51,301 nt of DNA, from NCBI GenBank assembly GCA_964433085.1, contig CAYSQB010000004.1:1-51301 (forward strand), read 5' to 3'. Below are positions 1 through 10,014 of the stretch, in pieces. Made by a program: the position numbers and the translations under genes. The notes below the pieces were generated by a model. It saw only the letters and a list, made by a program, of their open reading frames with translations, was not told where the DNA came from and did not search any database. The stretch is from an uncultured bacterium. GTDB taxonomy: Bacteria; Fidelibacterota; Marinisomatia; Marinisomatales; AB-629-J13. Position 1 is the stretch's first letter. Each line of letters begins with the position of its first letter.

Positions 1-1
1 G

Positions 2-487
2 TCAGCGCTCACGGACGAGTTGGAGATACCAAAGAATCGAAGTGCCAATGATATGAATGATGACATCCCCATAACCTATGTACCGGCACGGAACACAGTT
101 TTTCTTTCTATTGCTCTTGCATTTGCAGAGACAAGGGATGCCTCCTCTATCTTCCTGGGTGTCAATGCTATTGACTACAGTGGATATCCGGACTGTCGCC
201 AGGAGTTCATCAAAGCATTTGAGTCTGTGGCAAACTTGGGGACAAAAATGGGTATTGAAGGAACCAAAATTAACATTCACACTCCTTTGATCCATATGAA
301 AAAGGATGAAATTATTAAAACTGGTATAGCTCTTGGTGTGGACTATTCTCTTACCCATTCCTGTTATGACCCTGGCAACGATGGAATATCTTGTGGTGCA
401 TGTGATGCGTGCACACTTCGAAAAAAAGGATTTCAGGACGCTGGGCTACATGATCCATTGAATTATAAAAATGAGCTACAAGGTTAA
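2..487 (+). CDS. queC: 7-cyano-7-deazaguanine synthase QueC, 5'-truncated by the window edge
   Basis: Frame is open from nt 2 ([10 protein letters not shown]...), so the track's TTG at 20 is internal. Motifs: [26 protein letters not shown], and the C-terminal Zn cysteine cluster [15 protein letters not shown] typical of QueC. Overlaps queE by 17 nt. Confidence 0.9.
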   Translation, partial: SALTDELEIPKNRSANDMNDDIPITYVPARNTVFLSIALAFAETRDASSIFLGVNAIDYSGYPDCRQEFIKAFESVANLGTKMGIEGTKINIHTPLIHMKKDEIIKTGIALGVDYSLTHSCYDPGNDGISCGACDACTLRKKGFQDAGLHDPLNYKNELQG

Positions 488-1100
488 AGAGATCTATTTG
501 ACCGTGCAAGGTGAGGGTTTTCAAACAGGAAGAGTTGCTATTTTTTGCCGATTTACAGGATGTAATCTATGGACCGGTCATGAAACAGATCGAGAAAATG
601 CAATTTGCAATTTTTGTGATACAGATTTTGTTGGGACCGATGGCCCTGGAGGTGGTGTATTTTTTGGTGCAGAAAAGATGACAGAACACTTACTTTCATT
701 TTGGGTTTCAGATAACCCTCCGTTTGTGGTATTTACAGGTGGGGAACCTCTTTTGCAAATTGATGATGCTCTGATTAGTGAGCTCAAGAACAATAGTGTA
801 GAGATAGCTATAGAGACAAATGGAACAATTATTCCGCCTATAGGTATTGACTGGGTATGTGTCAGCCCAAAAGGGGGAACAGAAATAGTTGTAAAATCAG
901 GCGAGGAATTAAAAGTAGTTTACCCGCAGAATAATTTAAATTTAGATGATATGTTGAAGTTTGATTTCACTTATTTCAGTTTACAGCCCATGGATGGAAA
1001 AGATAAAAATAAAAACATTAAGAAAGCATTGGAGTATTGTAAAAATAATCCCAAATGGAATTTGAGTTTGCAGTCCCATAAACTGATTAATATTCCCTGA
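471..1100 (+). CDS. queE: 7-carboxy-7-deazaguanine synthase QueE (radical SAM)
   Basis: [13 protein letters not shown]-terminus. Non-canonical cluster motif C-x14-C-x2-C ([20 protein letters not shown]), as known for Burkholderia-type QueE. FTGGEPLL motif. Sits between queC and queD. Confidence 0.9.
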   Translation: MSYKVKEIYLTVQGEGFQTGRVAIFCRFTGCNLWTGHETDRENAICNFCDTDFVGTDGPGGGVFFGAEKMTEHLLSFWVSDNPPFVVFTGGEPLLQIDDALISELKNNSVEIAIETNGTIIPPIGIDWVCVSPKGGTEIVVKSGEELKVVYPQNNLNLDDMLKFDFTYFSLQPMDGKDKNKNIKKALEYCKNNPKWNLSLQSHKLINIP

Positions 1101-1108
1101 GAAACACA

Positions 1109-1465
1109 ATGGAGATCTATAAAAAATTTTCATTTGATTCAGCACATTATTTGCCAAATCTGCCTCATGATCATAAGTGCAAACGAATGCATGGGCATAC
1201 ATTCTATGTTACGGTTTTCGTGAAAGGTCCTGTTGATCCGAAGATTGGCTGGATAAAGGACTTTTTTGAAATAAAGCAAATATTTCAACCTATCCTTGAT
1301 CAATTAGATCACAGGTTATTGAACGAAATTGACGGTCTGGAAAATCCAACCAGTGAGCATTTGGTTAAATGGATTTGGGTTAGGTTGAAAAAAGTGTTAC
1401 CGGAATTGTCCAAAATTGAAGTTTCAGAAACTTGCACAACTGGTTGTTTTTATAAAGGAGAATAA
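1109..1465 (+). CDS. queD: 6-carboxy-5,6,7,8-tetrahydropterin synthase QueD
   Basis: 118 aa with the PTPS/QueD motif C-x3-HGH (CKRMHGHTFYV) and FSFDSAHYL. Confidence 0.9.
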   Translation: MEIYKKFSFDSAHYLPNLPHDHKCKRMHGHTFYVTVFVKGPVDPKIGWIKDFFEIKQIFQPILDQLDHRLLNEIDGLENPTSEHLVKWIWVRLKKVLPELSKIEVSETCTTGCFYKGE

Positions 1466-1482
1466 AATCAAACAGAATTATC

Positions 1483-1749
1483 ATGAAAATATCAATTAAC
1501 AGAGCTACAAAAGAAGAATTAATAAAAATAGGAGTATTTAACTGGCCTATATGGACGTGCGAGGTTTCAGAATTTCCATGGACATATTCGGAAAAGGAAT
1601 CATGTTATATTCTTGATGGTGAAATTGAAGTAAAAACTGAGGGGGAAATTGTCAATATTAGACCTGGAGATTTTGTAATATTTCCAAAGGGTCTCAGTTG
1701 TACATGGACTGTTTCAAAACCGGTTCGGAAACATTATTCTTTCAATTGA
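1483..1749 (+). CDS. small cupin (DUF861/Cupin_3-like) protein
   Basis: 88 aa. WPIWTCEVSEFPWTYSEKESCYILDGEIEV...GDFVIFPKGLSCTWTV..VRKHYSF matches the DUF861 cupin pattern. Lies 18 nt after queD. Confidence 0.7.
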   Translation: MKISINRATKEELIKIGVFNWPIWTCEVSEFPWTYSEKESCYILDGEIEVKTEGEIVNIRPGDFVIFPKGLSCTWTVSKPVRKHYSFN

Positions 1750-1796
1750 GCCAATTTGATAATATCCTTGGTTGGCAACTCCGAATTTTATTGGCA

Positions 1797-1970
1797 ATGT
1801 TATTATTTGTCGGATCTGTGATATTTATTATTAAAGGATTTTCCATGAAATCTACTGATCAGTTATTCAATCAATACTGGACCTTGGCATTAATAATGCT
1901 TTGGGGTTGTGTCTCCCAGATTTCACCAGCAATAAAAAATTATTCTGAGTCTAAAAATAAACTATTATAA
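1797..1970 (+). CDS. possible 57-aa two-helix membrane peptide (hypothetical)
   Basis: In-frame ATG at 1797 within track ORF 1698..1970; the upstream part overlaps the cupin CDS. Two hydrophobic stretches (LLFVGSVIFII, WTLALIMLWGCV). No homology recognised. Confidence 0.25.
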   Translation: MLLFVGSVIFIIKGFSMKSTDQLFNQYWTLALIMLWGCVSQISPAIKNYSESKNKLL

Positions 1971-2042
1971 TTCAATAAATTTATTGGATATACTTTATTT
2001 TTTTCAAAATGATTTTATTTAATTATTTTTAAAATAGTTCAG

Positions 2043-3101
2043 TTGAACGAATCTGATTTAAGAAAATATTTACAAGATATAAGTCATCTTTATTTCCCAA
2101 AAAAACTTGGGAAGTCGGGAAAAAAATGGATTGTGTCTGGACATCTCCTTCAGGATATTACTCTCTATCATTTGGAACAGGAAGTGAAACACAGTTCCGT
2201 TAAAATAAAAGTAATAAATGATCATGATGATGTCACTCTTTTTATTGAAGAGAATAAAGTGGTATTAACAATTCCAAAAATTCCGAGAATTAATGTCATA
2301 TTATTTCTTATTACCATTCTTTCAACTCTGTTTGCTGGTGCAATGATGGAAGGAGCAGATATTTATAATTCTCCATTTGAGCTGTTCAAGGGCATTCCTT
2401 TTTCGATAACGTTGATGCTTATTTTAGGTACCCATGAATTTGGGCATTACTATTATGCTCAGAAACATGGTGTGGATGCCACTCTTCCATATTTCATACC
2501 TGCACCCACTATCATCGGAACATTTGGTGCTTTTATCAAAATAAATTCTCCAATAAGAAAAAAAAATGCTCTACTTCATATTGGAGCTGCAGGTCCTATT
2601 GCAGGATTTATAGTTGCTGTTCCTGCATTAATTATTGGATTAACTCAATCTACCGTAATTACCTTGGATGAGACTTTTGAAGGATTGCGGTTAGGAGATT
2701 CATTGTTAATGGTGGGTTTAACGGGAATAATATTTCCGGGATTAGGGCCCAATCAGGATATCCTCCTTCATTCTGTTGCATTTGCAGGTTGGATTGGTTT
2801 GCTTGTAACTATGTTGAACCTCCTTCCTATCGGACAGCTTGATGGAGGTCATATCGCTTATGCAATGCTAGGCGAAAAATATGATAAAGTAGCAATAACT
2901 GCCCTTCTGTCATTAATACCACTCAGTTATTTTACCTTAAATTGGTTGATTTGGGGAGCATTGATTCTTATCTTAATGCGTACTGTGAAACATCCTCCGG
3001 TTATGAATATACATGAACCTCTTTCATATAAGGATAAAAAAATTGGCTATATGTGTTTAGCAATTTTTATTTTATGTTTCATTCCTGCTCCGTTTAGTTG
3101 A
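2043..3101 (+). CDS. M50 family site-2 metalloprotease (multi-pass membrane)
   Basis: HEFGHYYYAQ (HExxH) in a TM helix plus NLLPIGQLDGGH (NxxPxxxLDG), with several TM segments. TTG start is uncertain. Confidence 0.8.
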   Translation: MNESDLRKYLQDISHLYFPKKLGKSGKKWIVSGHLLQDITLYHLEQEVKHSSVKIKVINDHDDVTLFIEENKVVLTIPKIPRINVILFLITILSTLFAGAMMEGADIYNSPFELFKGIPFSITLMLILGTHEFGHYYYAQKHGVDATLPYFIPAPTIIGTFGAFIKINSPIRKKNALLHIGAAGPIAGFIVAVPALIIGLTQSTVITLDETFEGLRLGDSLLMVGLTGIIFPGLGPNQDILLHSVAFAGWIGLLVTMLNLLPIGQLDGGHIAYAMLGEKYDKVAITALLSLIPLSYFTLNWLIWGALILILMRTVKHPPVMNIHEPLSYKDKKIGYMCLAIFILCFIPAPFS

Positions 3102-5449
3102 GGTCTCCCAGAAATATTTCAGTACTATTTTTATTTCTTTCCATTTCAATACATCAAGAAAGAATTGGGGGATGGGACTGTTTTACTTCAACCCTGAATA
3201 TTAGTGACATTGCAATATTTGGAGAAGATATTTATTGTGCCACAGATGGCGGAATACTTCAGTTCAGCTTATCTGAAAAAATTTTTAACACATACACCAA
3301 ACTACATGGCTTAAATACAACCAATTTATCCGTTATCGAATCCGGAAGAGATGAAATAATTTGGGTAGGAGGGAATGAACCGGGATTTATCCAAAGATTT
3401 GATCCGTCAAAAGAAATGGTCATTACGGAATTCCCTTATGAATTTTCAGAAATATCCCATATTGTTTCAGGAGATTCCATAGCCTATGCGGTATATCGGG
3501 ATAATCAATATTGGGGGATTGCAGAATATCATTCTGAAGATGGGATATTCTATCATCGTGATCTATATCCAGTGTGGCAGTTAGCGGAAGATGGAATTAA
3601 CGATATTGAAATAATGGACACAACAGTATTTATAGGAACACAATCAGGGTTATTTATGGGAGAAGTTGGTGAAAATCCGAATTCTTGGAATTTAATTTCG
3701 GAAGAGATCATTGGAAATGTGACGGATATTGAAATTTTTGGTGATTCACTATTTTTTATTTTAGATAGTGAAGTGTGTTCGATGAATTTAGATAGTCAGG
3801 AAATTGAGGGATCTGGGGCGTTCAATTTTTATTTATTGGAATCTCTATCTTCTGGCGTAACGTGGGCGATTAATAGTTCATATACAAGATTAGTGGAAGT
3901 TAGTGGAGAAGAAATAATTAATCTTCCAGCAAAAGCAAAATGTATTACATCCTTTCGAGATTCACTTATTATTGTTGGAATGGAGGAAGGTCTATTTATC
4001 AAAGATTTATTCCAGTCTGGGTATGAGGTTTTCGTTCCCAACACTCTTCCAACAAACCAAATCAGTGCCCTTACAATTTTAAGTGATGGTAGACTGATCG
4101 CTGGATCTAAAAAGGGATTATCTATTCTTGAACCATGGGGTTGGCGAAATATTATTGAAACTACGTCAAATGAAATGCTCATTAGTGATACCTATCCCAC
4201 ACAGTATTTTTCTGCTGATACCATACCTGTAGATTTCGGTGGATATGTTGCTGATATTGAAAAGGATTCCCATGGTAAAGTGTATTGTGCTATCCGGGGT
4301 ACATATCCCGAGCCTCGTCGCCACGGTGGTGGAGTTGTAATCATTGATATAGATAATCCGGGAGATTTTACACTCATAGATACGACTCACTTAGATTATT
4401 TTTTGAATGAATACATGGTAGTAAAAGATCTGGAGTTTGATAATTTTGGAAATCTATGGGTAGCAGATGCCTATGCCACAACCAAATTCACTCCCGTTCA
4501 TAAAATGACTACGGAGGGTATCTGGACCTCTTACAGTTATGATGATTCTGGTTACCTCTTCAGTTTAACTCCAAACACGGTATCTATTGACTCTTGGGGT
4601 AGACAATGGATTGGATTTTTTACTAGTACAGAAAATAATGTCAATGGTGTTCAATATCCTAACGGAGGTTTGATGATGATGGTCTCAGATGGGGATGAAA
4701 TATTTGTAAAAAAAATTAACCTTTCATCTATTTATACAAATCAATCCATTTGGTCCTTGGGGATAGTAAGGAACAGGTTGTTTGCATTGTCCCCCAATGG
4801 TTTGGCCTATTTTGATTTACAGAGTAATAACAACGAGCCAGTTAAAAAACAAGGTCCGATAGGAGTGAATGGAACACCATTCGCTTATTTTCCTCAGGTC
4901 TCCTTTGGAGGCCCGGACCCTGGGGGGAAAATAAAAATTGATCCGCAAAATAATATTTGGGTTGGGTCCCCGACTCAGGGAGTGTATGTTTTATTGGACA
5001 ACACAATGTATTGGCCGGATGCAGAAGGAATTAGGGCAGTAAATACTCCATTACTTTCAGATCAAGTTTCGGACATCGTTTTTGATGCTCAGAGAGGAGT
5101 TGCTTATATTGCCACCAGTAGTGGAATAAATGTTCTAAAAATTCCGTTTTCTGAGGGAAAAAATACCTTTTCTAACCTGAAGGTATTCCCCAGTCCTTTT
5201 TATATTCCTTCAGTAAAGCCGTTAGTCATTTCAGGTACTGTTCAATCTTCATCACTTTTAGTGACAACAATAACGGGAACAGTTATCCGTTCAATAACAC
5301 ATTCAGACATGGGTATTCACGGAGATCAAATTACATGGAATGGACGAAATGATCGGGGTCAGTTAGTAGGGAGTGGGGTATACATATTATCTGTGTATGA
5401 TCAAAATGGCTCAAATTCTGTCGAAAAAATTACGGTGATTAGAAAGTAA
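3098..5449 (+). CDS. secreted beta-propeller protein (Reg_prop-like repeats) with C-terminal FlgD-Ig/T9SS-like sorting domain
   Basis: TTG start overlaps the M50 stop (TTGA). Signal peptide MRSPRNISVLFLFLSISIH. Recurrent blades such as ISALTILSDGRLIAGSKKGLSIL, VKDLEFDNFGNLWVAD, VSDIVFDAQRGVAYIATSSGINVL. Tail ITWNGRNDRGQLVGSGVYILSVYDQNG...ITVIRK. Confidence 0.65.
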   Translation: MRSPRNISVLFLFLSISIHQERIGGWDCFTSTLNISDIAIFGEDIYCATDGGILQFSLSEKIFNTYTKLHGLNTTNLSVIESGRDEIIWVGGNEPGFIQRFDPSKEMVITEFPYEFSEISHIVSGDSIAYAVYRDNQYWGIAEYHSEDGIFYHRDLYPVWQLAEDGINDIEIMDTTVFIGTQSGLFMGEVGENPNSWNLISEEIIGNVTDIEIFGDSLFFILDSEVCSMNLDSQEIEGSGAFNFYLLESLSSGVTWAINSSYTRLVEVSGEEIINLPAKAKCITSFRDSLIIVGMEEGLFIKDLFQSGYEVFVPNTLPTNQISALTILSDGRLIAGSKKGLSILEPWGWRNIIETTSNEMLISDTYPTQYFSADTIPVDFGGYVADIEKDSHGKVYCAIRGTYPEPRRHGGGVVIIDIDNPGDFTLIDTTHLDYFLNEYMVVKDLEFDNFGNLWVADAYATTKFTPVHKMTTEGIWTSYSYDDSGYLFSLTPNTVSIDSWGRQWIGFFTSTENNVNGVQYPNGGLMMMVSDGDEIFVKKINLSSIYTNQSIWSLGIVRNRLFALSPNGLAYFDLQSNNNEPVKKQGPIGVNGTPFAYFPQVSFGGPDPGGKIKIDPQNNIWVGSPTQGVYVLLDNTMYWPDAEGIRAVNTPLLSDQVSDIVFDAQRGVAYIATSSGINVLKIPFSEGKNTFSNLKVFPSPFYIPSVKPLVISGTVQSSSLLVTTITGTVIRSITHSDMGIHGDQITWNGRNDRGQLVGSGVYILSVYDQNGSNSVEKITVIRK

Positions 5450-5524
5450 GAAAAATATTCACCAGAGAGGAGTGAACTCATCTTCTTTTAATATTTTGTA
5501 TACAAACTAGAATTATATTCAATA

Positions 5525-6466
5525 GTGAATATATCATCTAAACAAATTAAACAATGGATTTTGAAAGAGGGTTTACATAAAGTTGGGATTGCTTCGGCAA
5601 AAATCATACCACACTCCCAGAAAAAATTAGGAGATTGGCTACAGATGGGAAATCATGCTTCTATGGAGTGGATAAAAAAAAGAGAAAAGGAGAGAGGTGA
5701 TATCAGAGAATATTTCCCTGAAGCAAATTCTATAATATCTGTTGGATTGAATTATTACACAGGATTTTCACAAGATGCTTTATCTTCAGATTATCAATTC
5801 AGTAACTATGCATGGGGAGATGACTATCACATTGTTATGAAATCCAAACTATTTAAGGTGTTAAAAAAAATAAAAGAACAGGAACCAAATGTGAAGGGAT
5901 TGGTTTGTGTGGACACATCACCAATTATGGAAAAGGCTTGGGCACAGGAATCTGGATTGGGCTGGCAGGGTAAACATACTAATCTCATCACACGTGATTA
6001 TGGGAGTTGGATATTTCTAGGTGAAATTATTTTAAATATTGAACTGGAAACAGATTCTCCCTTTTCAGAAGACTTATGTGGTACATGCACTGCCTGCATA
6101 GATGCCTGTCCCACGCAGGCATTGGACGAGTACCAAATTGATTCCCGAAAGTGCATTTCCTATCTTACCATTGAACACCGTGGAGATTTTTCAAAGGGAG
6201 ATGGAGAAAAATTGAACCAATGGATTTACGGATGTGATATATGTCAGGAAGTCTGCCCATGGAATGAAAAATTTGGACAGCCAACGAGTGAATCTTCCTT
6301 TTACCCACGGGAGGAAATTCTAAAGTGGGACAGAGAAAAATGGAATTCATTGGATGAGGATGGATTTCGTAAATTATTTCGAAAATCAGCCGTGAAACGA
6401 ACAAAGTATTCCGGTATTAAAAGAAATATTCAATCCAATCAATTAAATAAAAAGAAAGGGATATAA
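5525..6466 (+). CDS. queG: epoxyqueuosine reductase QueG
   Basis: GTG start. CGTCTACIDACPTQAL and GCDICQEVCPWN ferredoxin-type motifs, CISYLTIEH, and the N-terminal IKQW..E.G...VGI pattern of QueG. Confidence 0.85.
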   Translation: MNISSKQIKQWILKEGLHKVGIASAKIIPHSQKKLGDWLQMGNHASMEWIKKREKERGDIREYFPEANSIISVGLNYYTGFSQDALSSDYQFSNYAWGDDYHIVMKSKLFKVLKKIKEQEPNVKGLVCVDTSPIMEKAWAQESGLGWQGKHTNLITRDYGSWIFLGEIILNIELETDSPFSEDLCGTCTACIDACPTQALDEYQIDSRKCISYLTIEHRGDFSKGDGEKLNQWIYGCDICQEVCPWNEKFGQPTSESSFYPREEILKWDREKWNSLDEDGFRKLFRKSAVKRTKYSGIKRNIQSNQLNKKKGI

Positions 6467-6479
6467 AGGAGAATTATTT

Positions 6480-7139
6480 ATGACAAGAGTAGGAGTAGTA
6501 TTATCCGGATGTGGTGTAAATGATGGATCAGAAATTCATGAATCGGTTATTACCATGCTGGCCTTGGACCGTGCCGGAGCGGATATAGTTTTTATGGCTC
6601 CCAATATTGACCAATTGCATGTTATCAATCACTACACCGGGAGTGAGATGGATGAATCCCGTAATGTTTTAATGGAGTCTGCTCGTATTGCTCGGGGTAA
6701 AATTCGTGATATGGCTGAAGTCCACGCTTCAGATGTGGATGCTCTGATTTTTCCTGGAGGATTTGGTGTGGCAAAAAATCTTTGTGATTATGCTATGGCC
6801 GGAACGGATTGTTCAGTCAATCCAGATGTAAAGCGTCTTGCAACTGATGTTCATAAAGCAGAGAAACCCATTGGGATTATTTGCATTGCCCCGGCAATGT
6901 TCGCAAAGATCATGCAGGGAACAGGTGATTCAGTTGAAATGACGATTGGCACTGATGAACAAACTTCATCCGATATTAATTCCATGGGTTCAAACCATAT
7001 TACCTGTTCGGTAGAAGATATAGTTATCGATAAGAAGAACAAGGTTGTGTCAACTCCTGCTTATATGCTAGATCAGAGAATCAGTGAAGTGGCAGAGGGA
7101 ATAGAGAAACTGGTTAAGGAAGTGTTAATGATGGTCTGA
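6480..7139 (+). CDS. elbB: ElbB-type DJ-1/PfpI family protein (glyoxalase III-like)
   Basis: VGVVLSGCGVNDGSEIHESV, ALIFPGGFGVAKNL and IGIICIAP are the ElbB signature. Confidence 0.8.
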   Translation: MTRVGVVLSGCGVNDGSEIHESVITMLALDRAGADIVFMAPNIDQLHVINHYTGSEMDESRNVLMESARIARGKIRDMAEVHASDVDALIFPGGFGVAKNLCDYAMAGTDCSVNPDVKRLATDVHKAEKPIGIICIAPAMFAKIMQGTGDSVEMTIGTDEQTSSDINSMGSNHITCSVEDIVIDKKNKVVSTPAYMLDQRISEVAEGIEKLVKEVLMMV

Positions 7140-7146
7140 TCCTGTT

Positions 7147-9945
7147 CTAATTTTGTTTCGGATACAATGTAACTTGAATCACATTGTCCGTTGAAAAATA
7201 TTGATTGGCTGTTTTGTGGATGGTGTTTAGTGTTAGGCTATTAACTAGCTCACCATAACTGTTGATGATGTCCAAATCCAAATGATGTTTAATAGCAAAC
7301 TCTGTTATGTTCATCCAATATCTGTTATTTTCTAAATCTACTTCATGTCTCCTGCGTTGAGTTTCTTTTACTTTATGTAAATATTTTTCAGTTGTTCCTT
7401 CTTCCATGATGAGCTGGATCTGTTTTTTTACAGCAGTGGTTAATTCATCAACTCGTTCCGGATCACACCCAAATCCAATTGAAATACTGAAAGATTCTTT
7501 AGGATAATGAGACATATTCCCTTGGATTCGAACACCATAAACTCCACCCATATCTTCCCGAAGGACTTCCCTCATTTTAATTCTCAAAACTTCAATCATA
7601 GATAGGAAATTATATCTGGATTGTCTGCTCCATTCACAGTCTCCGGTATAGATAATTTGAGTTAAGCCTTTTGGTTCAATTCCACGATAGACTGATTTAT
7701 TAACATTTCCCCTTGGTGGCGAAATATTATGATTTACCCAGGATTCGTTTCGGTTTTTGGTAGGCAAACTACCTAAATACTGAAGTGCCAGTGGTTTGAT
7801 TATATCAATAGAAAAATTACCCACTATAATAAATGTAAAATCTCCTGCATCCCCAAAACGGTCTTTGTAAAAATTAACTGCTGTATGAAGGTCCGTTTCC
7901 ATAAGTAATTCAGCGGTAAGAGGACGTTTGCGAATATGATTTTGGGAAAGAGTGACAGTTAATGTGTCTTGAAAAACAGATTCAGGTCTGGATTTCCAGT
8001 TTTCAAGCCATCCTGAGGTACGAGTCAAAAAACTATTGTATGCAGAAGAATCTAATCGTGCTTCAGTTATATGTAAAAAAATAAGTTGAAAAAGTGTTTC
8101 AATATCCTGGGGAGATGCTGAGCCTCTTAATCCTTCATACAGTTCAGAAATGTAGGGAGAAATATTTACAATTTTTCCACTTAGTTTTTTTTCCAATTGG
8201 ATGGAAGAAAAATTTCCTAGTCCGCTTTCGCTGATAATATCCGTAGCCAGGTTAGCGGAGAGAAAGTTTTTGTCTTCAGAGAGGGAAGTTCCGCCAGGGC
8301 TCAAGGCCTTAAAAAGAATTTCATCATTCTTAAAATCTGTAGGCTTTAAAAGAACCCGGACTCCGTTATCCATAGTCCACTCTGTAATGCCTACAGATGA
8401 ATGGAAATTTTCACTTATAATTTTTCCAGGATCTGGTGAAACTGAGATTAAGGGCTCATTAGAAATCGCATCTACATAAGGCAAAATCGGGATATTTTTC
8501 ACTTCCTCAAAAATATTAAGGATTTCGGATTCGTTCGGGATATTGATACCCTCTTTATCCGGTGCTCGAACAGAAACAACCCTGTTAAACTCTTTCATAT
8601 ATTGATGAGATAATTTATTTATTTCATCAATTTTAATATTTGGAAGAAAAATTTTGTGCATTTCCAATTCAGAGGTAACTCCTGGGATAGGTTCACCGCT
8701 AAGAAAATTAGAGACATATTCACGGACAAAGGAACGTGATTCGGTTTTTTCTCTTTCATCAAATGCTTTTTGAATCTCTCTTAGAATATGTTTTTTTTCC
8801 CTTTCCAATTCAGTTATTGTGAAACCATGGTGGTTAAGCCTTTGTCCCTCAACCAATAGAGTCTGAATTCCTTTCATAATATCGTCGTCGTTCACAACTG
8901 CAAATAATGTAAATCCATCTTTTGTCAGGACCATATCATTAAAATATGCAGTTCCATAAATAAGAGATGGCTCAGATGCTTTGGTAAGTTCATCCAATCT
9001 GTTCTTCAGCATACCAGAAAACAGATTTCTCTCAATTCTGTGTCTGTAATCCTGTGTAGTATTTTCCTCTTTTTTATCAAATTTATAGTCAATGCTTACT
9101 GCGGTATAAGGAGCCTCTATGTCCGTCGCAATTGCTACAAGGGTTTCAGCATGGTCCGGAACCGGATATCTTGTTCTTTCCCTTGGATTTTCAGGCATAG
9201 CAAGATTATTGAAATGGGTGTGAATCAACTTCTCCATTTCTGATTTATCAAAATCGCCTACAGCAACCACTGACATAAGATCTGGACGATACCAGTCCGT
9301 ATAAAAACTTCTGATTGTGCTGTAATGTGCTGTGTCAATGACAGCCTTTTTCCCAATTGGCAGACGTTTTCCATATTGGGAGTTATGAAAAACAACAGGA
9401 AAGATTTTGTTAAACATTCTTTGACTTGCGCCTTGACCCAATCGCCATTCTTCTCCCACAACCGGTCTCTCACCATCAATATCCTCATCTTCCAATAAAA
9501 TACCATGTGCCCAATCTTCTAAAATTTGTATTGCCTGCTGTATGATATCTTTATCATCCGTAGGTACTTCAATCATATAAACAGTTTCATCAAAGGAGGT
9601 GTAGGCATTTAAATCAGGACCAAACGCAACACCAATGGATTCGAAATAATCAACAAGTTCTTGTTTTTTATAGTGAACGGTTCCGTTAAAAGCCATATGT
9701 TCTAGAAGATGAGCAAGCCCTTGTTGATCTTCATTCTCTAAAACGGAACCGGCATTTACAACTAAACGAAAATCAGCTCTATTTTCAGGTTTTTTGTTTT
9801 CCCGAATATAATAAGTCAACCCATTTTCGAGATTTCCAATGGTAACCTGAGGGTCAATATCTAATTTTTTCTCACCTTTATTTTCAATTGAGCATCCGTT
9901 TAGAATGAAAATAATTAAAAGAGATAAGGCGTAAAATTTTTTCAT
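7147..9945 (-). CDS. tandem M16 (pitrilysin/insulinase) zinc peptidase, lipoprotein
   Basis: HLLEHMAFNGT (HxxEH) with two M16 halves, about 930 aa. I start it at MKKFYALSLLIIFILNGC (lipobox) at 9945 rather than 10005, because 9966-9990 is the rpmA terminator. Confidence 0.85.
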   Translation of the reverse strand: MKKFYALSLLIIFILNGCSIENKGEKKLDIDPQVTIGNLENGLTYYIRENKKPENRADFRLVVNAGSVLENEDQQGLAHLLEHMAFNGTVHYKKQELVDYFESIGVAFGPDLNAYTSFDETVYMIEVPTDDKDIIQQAIQILEDWAHGILLEDEDIDGERPVVGEEWRLGQGASQRMFNKIFPVVFHNSQYGKRLPIGKKAVIDTAHYSTIRSFYTDWYRPDLMSVVAVGDFDKSEMEKLIHTHFNNLAMPENPRERTRYPVPDHAETLVAIATDIEAPYTAVSIDYKFDKKEENTTQDYRHRIERNLFSGMLKNRLDELTKASEPSLIYGTAYFNDMVLTKDGFTLFAVVNDDDIMKGIQTLLVEGQRLNHHGFTITELEREKKHILREIQKAFDEREKTESRSFVREYVSNFLSGEPIPGVTSELEMHKIFLPNIKIDEINKLSHQYMKEFNRVVSVRAPDKEGINIPNESEILNIFEEVKNIPILPYVDAISNEPLISVSPDPGKIISENFHSSVGITEWTMDNGVRVLLKPTDFKNDEILFKALSPGGTSLSEDKNFLSANLATDIISESGLGNFSSIQLEKKLSGKIVNISPYISELYEGLRGSASPQDIETLFQLIFLHITEARLDSSAYNSFLTRTSGWLENWKSRPESVFQDTLTVTLSQNHIRKRPLTAELLMETDLHTAVNFYKDRFGDAGDFTFIIVGNFSIDIIKPLALQYLGSLPTKNRNESWVNHNISPPRGNVNKSVYRGIEPKGLTQIIYTGDCEWSRQSRYNFLSMIEVLRIKMREVLREDMGGVYGVRIQGNMSHYPKESFSISIGFGCDPERVDELTTAVKKQIQLIMEEGTTEKYLHKVKETQRRRHEVDLENNRYWMNITEFAIKHHLDLDIINSYGELVNSLTLNTIHKTANQYFSTDNVIQVTLYPKQN

Positions 9946-9965
9946 AATATTTTTCCTTTGTGAAT

Positions 9966-9990
9966 AAAAAAAGCCCATTGAGGGCTTTTT
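9966..9990 (-). terminator. rho-independent terminator after rpmA
   Basis: Minus-strand RNA reads AAAAAGCCC-ucaau-GGGCUUUUU followed by UU. That is a 9-bp stem with a 5-nt loop, 25 nt after the rpmA stop. Confidence 0.65.
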
Positions 9991-10014
9991 AAATATTGTT
10001 GTCATAATGAGAAA

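Noticed and set aside
2-358. 118-aa ORF antisense to queC. The same applies to other antisense or embedded ORFs in the track: 578-793, 981-1202, 3829-4390, 6165-6404, 6851-7042, 8201-8479, 9040-9506, 10555-10836, 12032-12304, 13479-13808, 14009-14230, 15053-16033, 16791-16982, 17907-18242, 23223-24263, 24787-25017, 26202-26487, 27407-27589, 28298-28534.
   Set aside because: Each lies wholly inside, and opposite to or out of frame with, a longer ORF that has clear family motifs. None shows a recognisable domain. These are typical shadow ORFs.
1973-1986. 14-bp perfect palindrome CAATAAATTTATTG after the small ORF, and 12-bp palindrome TCAATGCATTGA at 49945-49956 in the lipoprotein/kdsD divergent region
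   Set aside because: Palindromes of 12-14 bp are expected several times by chance in 51 kb of AT-rich DNA. There is no loop, no T-tract and no second copy.
9946-10005. N-terminal extensions proposed by the ORF track for the M16 peptidase (to 10005), RNase G (to 12322), the dockerin protein (to 22601) and the VOC protein (to 42051)
   Set aside because: The extensions run through a terminator hairpin or the upstream gene. Internal ATGs give a canonical family N-terminus, a lipobox or signal peptide, or an ATGA coupling junction.
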